Shown here: in pieces, positions 52,232-61,763 of the stretch
How the letters are laid out: each line of letters opens with the position of its first letter
How positions within the stretch are numbered: the stretch's first letter is position 1
Assembly: GCA_963707335.1 (NCBI GenBank)
Contig: CAVPQD010000027.1
Location: forward strand, 31,868 to 95,867
Direction: 5' to 3'
Origin: an uncultured Thermoleophilia bacterium
GTDB lineage: Bacteria; Actinomycetota; Thermoleophilia; UBA2241
Length of the DNA stretch: 64,000 nucleotides
The notes under the pieces: generated by a model
The model's database searches: none
The model's input: only the letters and a program-made list of their open reading frames with translations
Told to the model about the DNA's origin: nothing
Program-made: the position numbers and the translations under genes

Positions 52232-53362
52232 ATGAAGTATCACCGATGGCCTCAGCTCTTCGGCCTGCTGCTGCTCGCGGCGGTCATCGCCGGCGCGGCG
52301 GCGGCGCCCGCGGCGGCCGCCGCGCCCGACCCGGCGGCGGCCGCCGCGGCCTACCTCCAGGCGCGGGGCGCGGCCGTGACGGCGTCAGATCCGGCGGCCG
52401 TCCTGGCGCCTTGGCTCGTCCCGGGCTCGCGCCTCGCCTCCGAAGAGTACTTCGTGGCCCGCGGCGCGGCCCGCCGCGCCGTCCAGCTGGGCCACGCCAT
52501 CGACGGCGTCGACACCCATGTCGCCGTCACGAGCGTGACCGTGAACGCGTCCGGCGACGCCGCCACCGTGGTCGCGCATGCCGTCACGACGCTCAGCTGG
52601 CGCGCGTCGTCCGGCAAGAGCAGCACGGAGGGCACAGGCATGGACCACGCCCTGTCGCTGCGCCTCACAGACGGCGCGTGGAAGGTCACGGCCGACGCCT
52701 ACAGCGACGTGCAGGTGCCGGCCTACCTCGAGTCCGTCGGCGTGCCGGTCAGGGCGGTGCGCGCCGCGGCAGCGCGGCTCGAGAACGCTTCGCCGGCCGC
52801 CGCGCCGGCCGCGCCCGCCCTCACGACAGCCGCCCCCGCGGGCGCGCGGTACTCGGACATCGTCCCCTACGACCGGGACGCGGCGCGCGCCTATGCCGAC
52901 AAGTACGCGTTGTCCTACAACCAGACGTTCGTGCGGTTCAGCGGCGCCGACTGCGCCAACTTCTGCTCGCAGAGCGGCCGCGCCGGCAACATGCCGCCGG
53001 CCTATGGCGGCGCGGACAGCGGCTGGTGGTACGACAAGCAAGGCACTGGCTCCACGGCCGACGACGCCTACAGCCTCAGCTGGATCAACGTCGGCCGTCA
53101 GATGAGCTACTGGAACACACGGCGCACGGACTGGGTCTCGTCCGTCAGCGACGTCGCCCGGGGCGACTTCGTCTACTACGACTGGTCCGGAGACGGCGTC
53201 TGGGACCACGTGGCCGTGTTCGCCGGCACCAACAGCGCCGGCCAGAAGGTCATCGACGCCCACACCACCGACTACTACCACGTCTTCTGGAGACTCGGCT
53301 CGTCAAGCACGCGCTACAAGTTCGCCCGCACCCGTGCCCAGTGGTTCCTTCCTCTGACGTGA
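52232..53362 (+). CDS. secreted protein with C-terminal putative amidase (NlpC/P60- or CHAP-like Cys-His) domain
   Basis: ATG 52232. Signal peptide [33 protein letters not shown]-terminal YDRDAARAYADKYA..SGADCANFCSQ..GDFVYYDW..WDHVAVFAG..IDAHTTD. Confidence 0.7.
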   Translation: MKYHRWPQLFGLLLLAAVIAGAAAAPAAAAAPDPAAAAAAYLQARGAAVTASDPAAVLAPWLVPGSRLASEEYFVARGAARRAVQLGHAIDGVDTHVAVTSVTVNASGDAATVVAHAVTTLSWRASSGKSSTEGTGMDHALSLRLTDGAWKVTADAYSDVQVPAYLESVGVPVRAVRAAAARLENASPAAAPAAPALTTAAPAGARYSDIVPYDRDAARAYADKYALSYNQTFVRFSGADCANFCSQSGRAGNMPPAYGGADSGWWYDKQGTGSTADDAYSLSWINVGRQMSYWNTRRTDWVSSVSDVARGDFVYYDWSGDGVWDHVAVFAGTNSAGQKVIDAHTTDYYHVFWRLGSSSTRYKFARTRAQWFLPLT

Positions 53363-53370
53363 CCGCCACA

Positions 53371-53405
53371 GGCGGCCGACCCGGCCCGCGGCCGGGTCGG
53401 CCGCC
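53371..53405 (+). terminator. strong hairpin after the amidase-domain gene
   Basis: 16-bp perfect stem GGCGGCCGACCCGGCC (53371-53386) / GGCCGGGTCGGCCGCC (53390-53405) with a 3-nt loop, 9 nt after the stop. Confidence 0.6.
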
Positions 53406-53478
53406 CGCGCTCGGCGTGCGATCCGGTTCGCCGGCCCGTGTCCGCGTCGGGGCACTGCGCTTCAGGGCCGTCTCCTGC

Positions 53479-53508
53479 TTGTCTCGCCGGATCGGCCCGA
53501 AGTATACT
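53479..53508 (+). promoter_or_regulatory. candidate promoter TTGTCT-18-TATACT
   Basis: -35 at 53479-53484, -10 at 53503-53508, in a locally AT-richer patch about 35 nt upstream of the sORF. Confidence 0.45.
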
Positions 53509-53543
53509 GCGCGCGCTCCGTCCCACCGGCCTACGGGAGTCAC

Positions 53544-53621
53544 GTGAACCGCGTGGTCGACGTCAAGCCAGACGACCTTCGTAAGACCGCCTTCTCGGGC
53601 GGCAAGTTCCACGACTTTTAG
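53544..53621 (+). CDS. candidate 25-aa small ORF (VNRVVDVKPDDLRKTAFSGGKFHDF)
   Basis: GTG 53544 lies 4 nt after GGGAG. Of the 25 sense codons, 21 end in G/C, as in real genes here. TAG at 53619-21. Below the ORF-track length cut-off. Confidence 0.4.
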   Translation: MNRVVDVKPDDLRKTAFSGGKFHDF

Positions 53622-53774
53622 TACCCCCGCCTCGGCGCGCCGCGTCGCCGCCCGGCGCACTGCAGCGCCGCGTCGATCTCGCGGCAGGTCCCGGCACACG
53701 GGGCCCCGCGGCCGCCGCAGGGCCGCCGCGGCCGCCGCTCCGTCCCAACGACGTCACGAGGTGAGCTTCAGACC

Positions 53775-54867
53775 ATGACGATGGCCGGGTATCCCAGGCT
53801 CAGCATGTCGCTCCGCACCGTCGCCGACAACACGCGGCAGCTGGCCGCGCGCCTTGTCGGCGACGGCATCGCGCTGATCGGCGTCACCAAGGCGTCGACG
53901 GCGAGCCGGGCGTCGGGCGGGCGATGCTCGAGGCCGGCTGCGCCGGCCTCGCCGACAGCCGCCTGCCCTCGCTCGTGCGGCTCGCCGCACACGCGCTGGC
54001 GCCGCTCACGCTCATCCGCGCCGCCGCAGCCGGACGAGCTCGAGACGGCGGCGCAGGTCGCCGACCGCGTGCTGCTGAGCGACTCGGGCGCCGCCCGCGC
54101 GCTCGGCGAGCACGCGCCCGGGGCGCCCGTCGAGGTCCTGCTCACCGTCGACCTGGGCGACCGCCGCGAAGGCGTGCTGCCGGACGCTGCGCCTCGCGGT
54201 CGCGGCCGAGCTCGCCCGCCTGCCCGGCGTCGAGCTGGCCGGCGTCGCCGTCAACTTCGCCTGCCTCTCCGGCCAGCTGCCGTCGCAGGAGCTGTTCCGG
54301 CAGGCCGAGGACGTGCTGGCCGACGTCGCCGCCGCCTGCGCCGCCGAGCCCGTGCTGTCGCTCGGCGGCACCTGCGTCGTCCAGCACCTGGACGGCTACC
54401 GGCCGCGCTTTCGCACCGAGCTGCGCTCGGGCGGCGGCCCGATCTACGGCTACGACTTCGTCAGCGGCCGCGGCATCACCGGCTCGAGCGCACCGACCCG
54501 GTGCTCACCGCCGCCGTGCTGGAGTGCTACCGCAAGCCGCCGGCGCCGCCGGGGCCTCGGCGGCCTCGACGCCTTCGGCCACGTGCCCGAGGTGCGACCT
54601 GCCGGAGGAGGACGCCTGGTACGCACTGCTGGCCCTCGGCCGCCGGGACATGGAGCCCGGCGGCCTGCGCCCGCTGCTCCCCGGCGCGTACCTCGCCGGC
54701 GCGACCAGCGACGTCAGCGTGCTCATCACGCCCGAGCCGCTGCGCCCGGGCGACGAGGTGTCGTTCGCCGTCGACTACGACGCGCTGGTGCGCGCCGTCA
54801 CCTCACCCTTCGTCGTGAAGGACGTTCGGCAGCTCGCGACCCCGCACGACGCCGAAGGGGACCATGA
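53775..54867 (+). pseudogene. predicted amino-acid racemase (alanine-racemase N-terminal fold, COG3457/YhfX-like), at least 6 frame changes
   Basis: ATG 53775: MTMAGYPRLSMSLRTVADNTRQLAARLVGDGIALIGVTKA. Pieces: RAMLEAGCAGLADSRLPSLV; VEVLLTVDLGDRREGV; GVELAGVAVNFACLSG; VLSLGGTCVV..ELRSGGGPIYGYD; TDPVLTAAVLE; SDVSVLITPEPLRPGDEVSFAVDYDALVRAVTSPFV. The 3' end is approximate. Confidence 0.55.
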
Positions 54868-56329
54868 CCACGCACGCCGACGGACGCTACGTCGGGCCGC
54901 GCCGGCCGCTGCGAGATCCTCGCGGCGGCCGAGGTGGAGCGCATCCACGAGGCCGCGCTCGACGTGCTCGCCGAGACCGGCGTCATGTTCCACTCGCAGC
55001 GCGCCCTCGACGTGCTCGAGGCGCACGGCGCCACCGTCGACCGCGAGACGACGGTGGCGCGCATCCCGGCGAGCGCCGTGGACGAGGCGCTGGCGACGCT
55101 GCCGCGCACGTTCACGCTCGGCGGCCGCGCGCCGGAGTTCGACCTGCCGATCGACGGCGAGCACGCCTACCTCACCTCGGACGGCTGCGCCACGATGGTG
55201 CGCGAGGCCGACGGCACGGTGCGGCCGAGCGTCAAGCAGGACGTGTACGACGCGGCCCGCGTCGTCGACGGCCTGCGACAACCTCTCGGCCACCTCGGCC
55301 CTCGTGTCCGCGCAGGACACGCCGGAGGAGAGCCGCGTGCTGCACGAGTTCGACGCCTGCATGCGCGCCTCGCGCAAGCACAGCATCGTCGTGAGCATCA
55401 AGGACGCGACCGAGGCGCGGCCGCTGATCCGCATGGCCGAGGCCGTGGCGGGCGGGGCGGCGGAGCTCAAGGCCCGCCCGACGTTCTCCGTCATCCTCTG
55501 CACCGTGTCGCCCGCTCCACCAGGAGCGCTTCGGCATGGAGCTCGCCTTCGAGCTCGGCCGAGGCCGGCATCCCGATGATGCTCTACCCGATGCCGATCC
55601 TCGGCGCGACAGCCCGGTCACGCCGGCCGGCACGGCGGTGGTCGAGCAACACCGAGATCCTCGCCGCGGTCACCGCCATCCAGCTGGCCTCTCCCGGGCG
55701 CGAAGATCGTCCACGCCGGGGGGCCGACCGCCCTCTTCATGCGCACCGGCTCGTACTTCGCCAACGTGCCGGAGGCCCTGCTGCTGCGCGCCGTGCAGGC
55801 GCAGATGGCGCGCTTCTGCGGCATGCCGGCCGGTCTCGGCTGGGGCGGCACCAAGGCCAAGCAGCCCGGACGCGCAGCGCGCCTACGAGAACACGCTCGG
55901 CCTGGTGCTGGAGATGCTGGCCGGCGCGGACTTCCTGCTTCGGCGCCGGCCTGCTCGACAGCGTCTCGCAGATGAGCCTCGAGGAGCTGGTGATCGCCGA
56001 CGAGGTGTTCGGCATGGTCACGCGCCTGCTGCGCGGCGTCACCGTCGACCGCGAGACGCTGGCCGTCGACCTCATCAAGCAAGATGGGCTTCAACGGCGA
56101 CTACCTGTTCGACCGCCACACGCGCGCCCACGTGCGCGAGCTGTGGCGGGCGCGCCTCGGCGAGACCGGCACCTACGAGAGCTGGAAGAGCGCGGGCAGC
56201 CCGCGTCTGGAGGACAAGGCGCGGGCCGTCGCCGACGGCATCCTCGCCTCGCCCGCGCCCGCGTTCCCCGACGACCTCGGGCGCGACTTCGACGACATCA
56301 TCGCCGCGGTCGAGTCCGGCCGCTTCTGA
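54864..56329 (+). pseudogene. MttB-family (trimethylamine methyltransferase-like, non-Pyl) methyltransferase, copy 1, many frame changes
   Basis: ATG 54864. VERIHEAALDVLAETGVMFHS; DGEHAYLTSDGCATMVRE; DNLSATSALVSAQDTPEESRVLHEFDACM; MMLYPMPILGAT; RAVQAQMARFCGMPAG; GFNGDYLFDRHTRAHVRELW, ending at 56329. Confidence 0.8.
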
Positions 56330-56342
56330 AAGGAGCTATCCA

Positions 56343-57796
56343 ATGGCATACGCAGACAAGTGCTACGTCGGCAAGCGCGTCAAGCTCGACCTGCTCTCCG
56401 ACGACGAGGTGCGGCAGATCCACGAGGCCACGCTCGACGTGATCGAGAACGTCGGCGTCAAGTTCCACTCGCAGGCCGCCCTCGACATCCTCGAGGCGCA
56501 ACGGCGCCACGGTGGACCGCGAGACGACCGTGGCGAAGATCCCGGCCGCCGTCGTCGAGCGGGCGATGAGCACCGTGCCCGCACGACGTTCATGCTCGGC
56601 GCGCGCAACCCCGAGTACGACCTGCCGCTCGACGGCGAGCACGTCTACATCAGCTCCGACGGCTGCGGCGTGTTCTGCCGCGAGTCCGACGGCACCGTGC
56701 GCTCATCGCGCAAGGAGGACCTGGCGGACTGCGCCAGGGTCGTGCAGGCGCTGGACAACGTGAGCGCCACGAGCGCCGTCGTCTCGGCCCAGGACTGCCC
56801 GCCCGAGACGCGCGTGCTGCACGAGTTCGACGCCTGCGTGCGCAACTCGGAGAAGCACAACATCGTCGTGAGCATCAAGGAGGACTGGGAGGCGCGCAGC
56901 CTCATCCGGATGGCCGAGGCCCTGGCCGGCGGCACGGAAGAGCTCAAGCCGCCGGCCGATGTTCACGGCCATCATCTGCACCGTGAGCCCGCTGCACCAG
57001 GAGCGCTACGGCATGGACCTGGCGCTCACGCTGCGCCGAGGCCGGCATCCCGGTGAGCTTCTACCCCATGCCGATCCTCGGCGCGACGGGCCCCGTCACC
57101 ATCGCCGGCTCCGCCGTGGTGAACAACGCCGAGTTCGTGAGCGGCGCCGCGCTCGTGCAGCTCGCCCACCCCGGCGCCCCGGTCATCCACGGCGGCGGCC
57201 CGACGGCGATGTACATGAACTCCGGCGCCTACGCGAGCAACTCGCCGGAGGCCATGCTGCTGCGCGCGCTGCCAGGGCCACATGGCCGACTTCTACGGCG
57301 TGCCGGCCTGGTACGGCGCCGGCGCCACGACGGCCAAGGAGCCGGGCATCCAGAGCGCCTACGAGAACACCCTCGCCATGTTCATGGCCTACTCGAACGG
57401 CGCCGACGTGACCTTCGGCACCGGCCTGCTCGACGGCTCGCGCATCCTCTGCCTGGAGAACATGGTCGTCGACGACGAGATCATCGGCATGGTCAAGCGC
57501 ATCCTCACCGGCATCGAGGTGAGCGAGGAGACGCTGGCCGTGGACCTCATCAAGAAGATGGGCTTCAACGGCAACTACCTGTTCGACAACCACACCCGCG
57601 CGCACGTGCGCGAGCTGTGGCAGGCCAAGCTCGGCGAGACCGGCAACTACGACGGCCTGGAAGAACGCCGGCGGCAGGAGCACGACGGAGAAGGCGCAGG
57701 AGCAGGGTGCGCGAGATCCTGGCGGCCGAGCCCGTGCCGTTCCCCGCCGACCTCGGCGCGGAGTTCGACGCCATCATCGCGGCCGCCGCGAAGTAG
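56343..57796 (+). pseudogene. MttB-family methyltransferase, copy 2 (tandem paralogue), many frame changes
   Basis: ATG 56343 follows AAGGAG: MAYADKCYVGKRVKLDLLSDDEVRQIHEATLDVIENVGVKFHS. DGEHVYISSDGCGVFCRE; DNVSATSAVVSAQDCPPETRVLHEFDACV; SFYPMPILGATGPV; MADFYGVPAWYGAGATTAKEPG; GFNGNYLFDNHTRAHVRELW. Confidence 0.8.
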
Positions 57797-57819
57797 GGGC
57801 AGGACGGGCCGTTCCACGA

Positions 57820-57857
57820 GGGCGGCGGCGGGCGCTCGCGAGCCCCCGCCGCCGCCC
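57820..57857 (+). terminator. GC-rich hairpin after the second mttB-like gene
   Basis: 13-bp stem GGGCGGCGGCGGG (57820-57832) / CCCGCCGCCGCCC (57845-57857), 24 nt after the stop. Confidence 0.45.
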
Positions 57858-57966
57858 GCCCGGTCGCGTCGCCACTCCTCCGCGCCGTGCTAGACTCGCC
57901 CCACGCGAGCCGGGCGGGTCGCCCGCCCGTCGCCACCGCGATCGAGCCCCCGGGGGGATCCGCCGC

Positions 57967-60060
57967 ATGACCAAGATCCGCGAGGAAGGCTTCAGCAAGG
58001 ACGCCGACAAGCTGGTGCGGCGCCTCTCGCTGGTCGCGCTGCTGCTGTCGCGCCGCGGCCAGCCGGCGAGCGTCGAGCGAGATCCGCGAGAAGGTCGAGG
58101 GCTACCCGCTGATGACCGACGAGGCCTTCAAGCGGCGCTTCTACGAGGACCGCGCCGAGCTGGCGGCGCTCGGCATCGAGATCGCCGCCGAGACCCGACC
58201 AGCGAGACCGGCGGCGAGCTCTACAGCCTGCCCGCCGACGCCTACTACCTGCCGCCGGTCGAGCTCGACGGCGACGAGCTCACGGCCCTGGCCGCCTGCC
58301 TCGCCGTGCTCGAGGACCGCTTCGCCTACTCGCAGCCGCTGCGCCTGGCGCTGCTCAGCCTGTCGCAGGGGCGGCCCGAGCTGGTCGCGCGAGGCCGCGA
58401 CGCCGCCGCTCACCGTCGTCCCCGAGGCGGACGAGGACGCGGCCCTCGCGGCCCTGCCCAAGCTGCAGGCGGCCGTCGCCGACCGCAAGACCGTCAAGTT
58501 CGAGTACTACGCCATCAGCCGCGACGAGGCGATGGCGCGCATCGTCGACCCCTACGGCCTGCAGCTCGTCGCCGGCGAGTGGTACCTCATCGGCTGGTGC
58601 CACCTGCGCGAGGGCATGCGCACCTTCCGCCTGTCGCGCATCCGCTCGCGCGTCACGCACGCACACGCGCGCGCCGCACGACTTCTCTGCGCCGGCCGGA
58701 CTTCGACCTCGGCGCCTACCGCGACCGCCCGCCCTGGCAGCTGGCGCGGCCGCGGGCGACGGCGCGCAGGTCCGCGTCTCGGCGGCCATGGCGTGGTGGG
58801 TCGAGGCGCACTGGGCGCACTGCGGCACGGTCGAGCGCGGAGCGACGGCGCCATCGTCTTCGAGACGCCGTACGCCGACGCGCGGCCGCTGCTCGCCTGG
58901 GTGCTGGGCCTGGCCGAGGCGGCCGAGGTGCTGGCGCCGCAGACCTGCGCGACGAGGTCGCGCTGCACCTGCGGCGCCTCGCCGACCTCCTGGACGCGCC
59001 GGCGCCGCAGCGGCCGGCGCCGCTCAGGCGCCGGCGCGACCCAAGCCCGCCAAGGCGCCGGCGCAAGCACGCCCGGACTGGCACGTGGAGGTCGACCGCT
59101 TCACCCGTCTCACGGCGCTCACCACCTACCTGCTGCGCAGCTGCGGCGACGACGCAGGCCGTGCTGCGACGTCGCCGACGTGCGCGCCGACCTCGACGTC
59201 GACCGCGAGACGCTGCGCGCCGACGTGCGGCTGCTCAACCTCGTGAACTTCGGCGCCGACGGCGCGCTGCTCTACGCCGAGTTCGAGGGCCGCGAGCAGG
59301 CTCGAGGTCTACTGCGACCTGGCCGGGCCCGCGCTTCGCGCGGCCCGCCCGCCTCTCGCCGCTGCAGGCGGACACGCTGCTGCTGGCCGATCGAGCTCGT
59401 CGGGCGGCCAGCTGCCCACCGACGCCGGGGCGGCGCTGTCCGCGCGCGGCCGCCAAGCTGCGGGCCGCGCGCACGGCGCCGCCCCGACCCTCGGCACGCG
59501 GCGACCTGCTGCCGCCGGCCGACGCGGTGCTCGACGCCGTCAACGCGCGCCATCGTCGAGCGGCGCCTGCTCGCCATCGAGTACTGGACGGAGGGCACCG
59601 ACCACGTGACCGAGCCGCATCGTCGAGCCCTACCTGCTGCGTGCACAGCCGCGGCGAGTGGTACTACGTCTGCTGGTGCCGCACGGCCGGACGGCACGCG
59701 CGTCTTCCGCGTGGCGACCACCAAGAGCGGCGCGGCTGCTCGACGAGACCTTCGAGCCGCGCGCCGGACGTCGAGCTCGACCTCTACCGGCGCGAGGGCA
59801 TCCCGACGTCGTCCAGCTACGCGCCGCGGTCGGCGACCGTGTGGTACAGCCCCGTGGTGCGTCGCTGGATCGCCGAGCGCCAGCCGGTGCGGCCGCTCCC
59901 CGACGGCTCGTGCCTGGCGAGCCAGCCCTACGTGGACCTGAGCTGGCTCACCCACCACCTGCTGCGCTTCGCCGGACAGGCGCGGCCCATCTCGCCCCCC
60001 GAGGCCGTCGACGACGTGCGCGCGACCGTCGAACGGCTCCTCGCGCGCACCCGGGGCTGA
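57967..60060 (+). pseudogene. PafB/PafC-like tandem HTH-WYL transcriptional regulator (fused or adjacent), many frame changes
   Basis: ATG 57967. First unit: LVRRLSLVALLLSR..ELYSLPADAYYLPPVELDGDELTALAACL..VKFEYYAISRDEAMARIVDPYGLQLVAGEWYLIGWCHLREGMRTFRLSRI. Second unit: VDRFTRLTALTTYLL..LRADVRLLNLVNFG..LLAIEYWTEGTDHVTE..GEWYYVCWCR..RVFRVA. The N- and C-termini share one frame. Confidence 0.7.
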
Positions 60061-60071
60061 GCGGAGTCGTC

Positions 60072-60365
60072 ATGTCGGCGGGACTCAGCCTGATCGCGAT
60101 GCGCCTCCTGCTCGCGGACCTGCACCTGCCCACGCCCGTCTGGTGGTTCTTCGCCCTCGGCCCCCAGCTCGTCATCTGCCTGGCGCTGGGCTACTGGACG
60201 GCGCGGCGGCGCGGCGGCGACCTGCTCCACTGGCTCGCCGCCGGCTTCCTCGCCTCGCTCGTGCCCGTTGCCGGCGTTCTGCTCATGCTGTGGCTCTGGT
60301 GGCGGAGCCCGAAGGCGCCGGCGCCCTCCGGCGCCGGTACGCAGGCCGGGGCGCCGCAGGCGTGA
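60072..60365 (+). CDS. small two/three-TM membrane protein
   Basis: ATG 60072: MSAGLSLIAMRLLLADLHLPTPVWWFFALGPQLVICLALGYWTARRRGGDLLHWLAAGFLASLVPVAGVLLMLWLWW. Its stop overlaps the next GTG (GTGA). Confidence 0.5.
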   Translation: MSAGLSLIAMRLLLADLHLPTPVWWFFALGPQLVICLALGYWTARRRGGDLLHWLAAGFLASLVPVAGVLLMLWLWWRSPKAPAPSGAGTQAGAPQA

Positions 60366-61680
60366 GCCGTCCCGGCTCAGACCGGCCGTCCGGGACAGCC
60401 CCGGGCGCCCCCTGGGTCTTCTGCGGCGAACGACGGCTGCCGGTGCCGCGCGCCGACGCCTTCGAGCCGCCCGCTCGCCTGCTCGCCGTCGAGGACCTCG
60501 AACACACCGTGGCCTGCGGCCTCGGCGGACCCATCGGGGCGCCGCGCCTGCGTGAGCTGGCGCGCGGCGCGCGACGCGTCGTCATCACCATCCCGGACGC
60601 GTCGCGGCCCTGTCCCACGCCGTCCGTCCTGCGGCATCTCCTGGCCGAGCTGACCGCGGCCGGCGTGCCCGACGCCGCCATCGCCGTCGCCGTCGGCTGC
60701 GGCCTGCACGCCACCACGAGCGACGAGGAGCGCGCGGCGCCTCGCCGGCGCGGAGGCGGCGCGGCGGGTGCGCGTCTACGACGCCCAGGGCATCGAGTCG
60801 CCGATGGCCGACCTCGGCGTCACCAGCGCTGGGCGCGCCCGCCCATGTGGAGCGCCGCGTCGCCGGCGCCGACCTCGTCGTGAGCGTCGGCGTGGTCGAG
60901 CCGCACCTCTACGCGGGCTTCTCCGGCGGCGTCAAGGGCGTGGCCATCGGCTGCGCCGGGCAGGAGACCATCGCCTGGACGCACCGCCCGGCCTTCATCT
61001 CGGCGCCGGGCGTCGTGCTCGGGCGCCTCGACGGCAACCCCTTCCAGCCGACGCTGCGCGAGATCGCGGCGCGCACGACGCTGCGCTGCGCCGTGAACGT
61101 GGTCATGAACGAGGAGGGCGACGCGACGGCGGTGCGCGCCGGCGACCCCGTCGGCCGTCCAGGCGTCGCTGGCCCGGGCGCACAGCGCCGCCTGGCTGCG
61201 CCCGGTGGACGGTCGCTTCGACGTCGTCGTCGCCGGCGTCCACGCGCCCAAGAGCGACAACTTCTACCAGGCCACGCGGGCGGCGACCTACGTCGGCCTC
61301 GCCGCCCGGCCCGGCTCTCGCCGACGGCGGCCTCTTCGTCCTCTGCGCCGACCTGCCGCACGGCGCCGGCGACGGCCCGGGCGAGCGCAACTTCGTCGCG
61401 CTCCTGGCGACGGCGCCCGTCGCCGGCCGACCTCATCGCGCGCGGCCTGCGCGAGCCGCTCGGCCCCGGCGGCCAGCGCTCCTTCGTCGTCGCCCGCGTG
61501 CTCGAGCGCTACCGCCTCGCCGTCGTCGGCGCGGCCGACCCCGCCTTCCTCGAGCCACTCGGGGTGGCCTCGTTCGACTCCGTCGACGCGGCCCTCGCCG
61601 CCGAGGACGCGCGCCTCGGCCGCCCCGCCCGCGTGCTCGCCGTGGCCGACGCCATGGCCACCGTCGTCCACGCGCGCTGA
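60362..61680 (+). pseudogene. LarA-like (DUF2088, nickel-pincer lactate/2-hydroxyacid racemase family) protein, at least 4 frame changes
   Basis: RVVITIPDASRPCP (the D-x-x-R-P motif region); GADLVVSVGVVEPHLYAGFSGGVKGVAIGCAG; DGNPFQ; FDVVVAGVHAPKSDNFYQATRAATY; GGLFVLCADLPHGAG. Spread over ORFs 60143..60883, 60847..61680 and 61205..61741. Confidence 0.72.
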
Positions 61681-61763
61681 GCCCGCCGGCGAGGCGCAGC
61701 GCCGCCAGGCTTCCGCCCCGCCGTCCCGGGGAATCATCTGACTGCAGTCCCCGGGAGGTCAGC

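Noticed and set aside
53250-53699. The 149-aa minus-strand ORF and other track ORFs covering the 53.4-53.8 kb gap.
   Set aside because: They have Arg/Gly-rich composition, no SD or promoter, and overlap the terminator hairpin and the better-supported plus-strand sORF.
54864-57796. An in-frame amber (pyrrolysine) codon in the MttB-family genes.
   Set aside because: Every ORF break I could resolve is explained by a one-base frame change (e.g. GGC CTG C GAC AAC near 55275, GCG C TGC CAG near 57268). No TAG is needed to join conserved segments, and no pyl genes are in the window.
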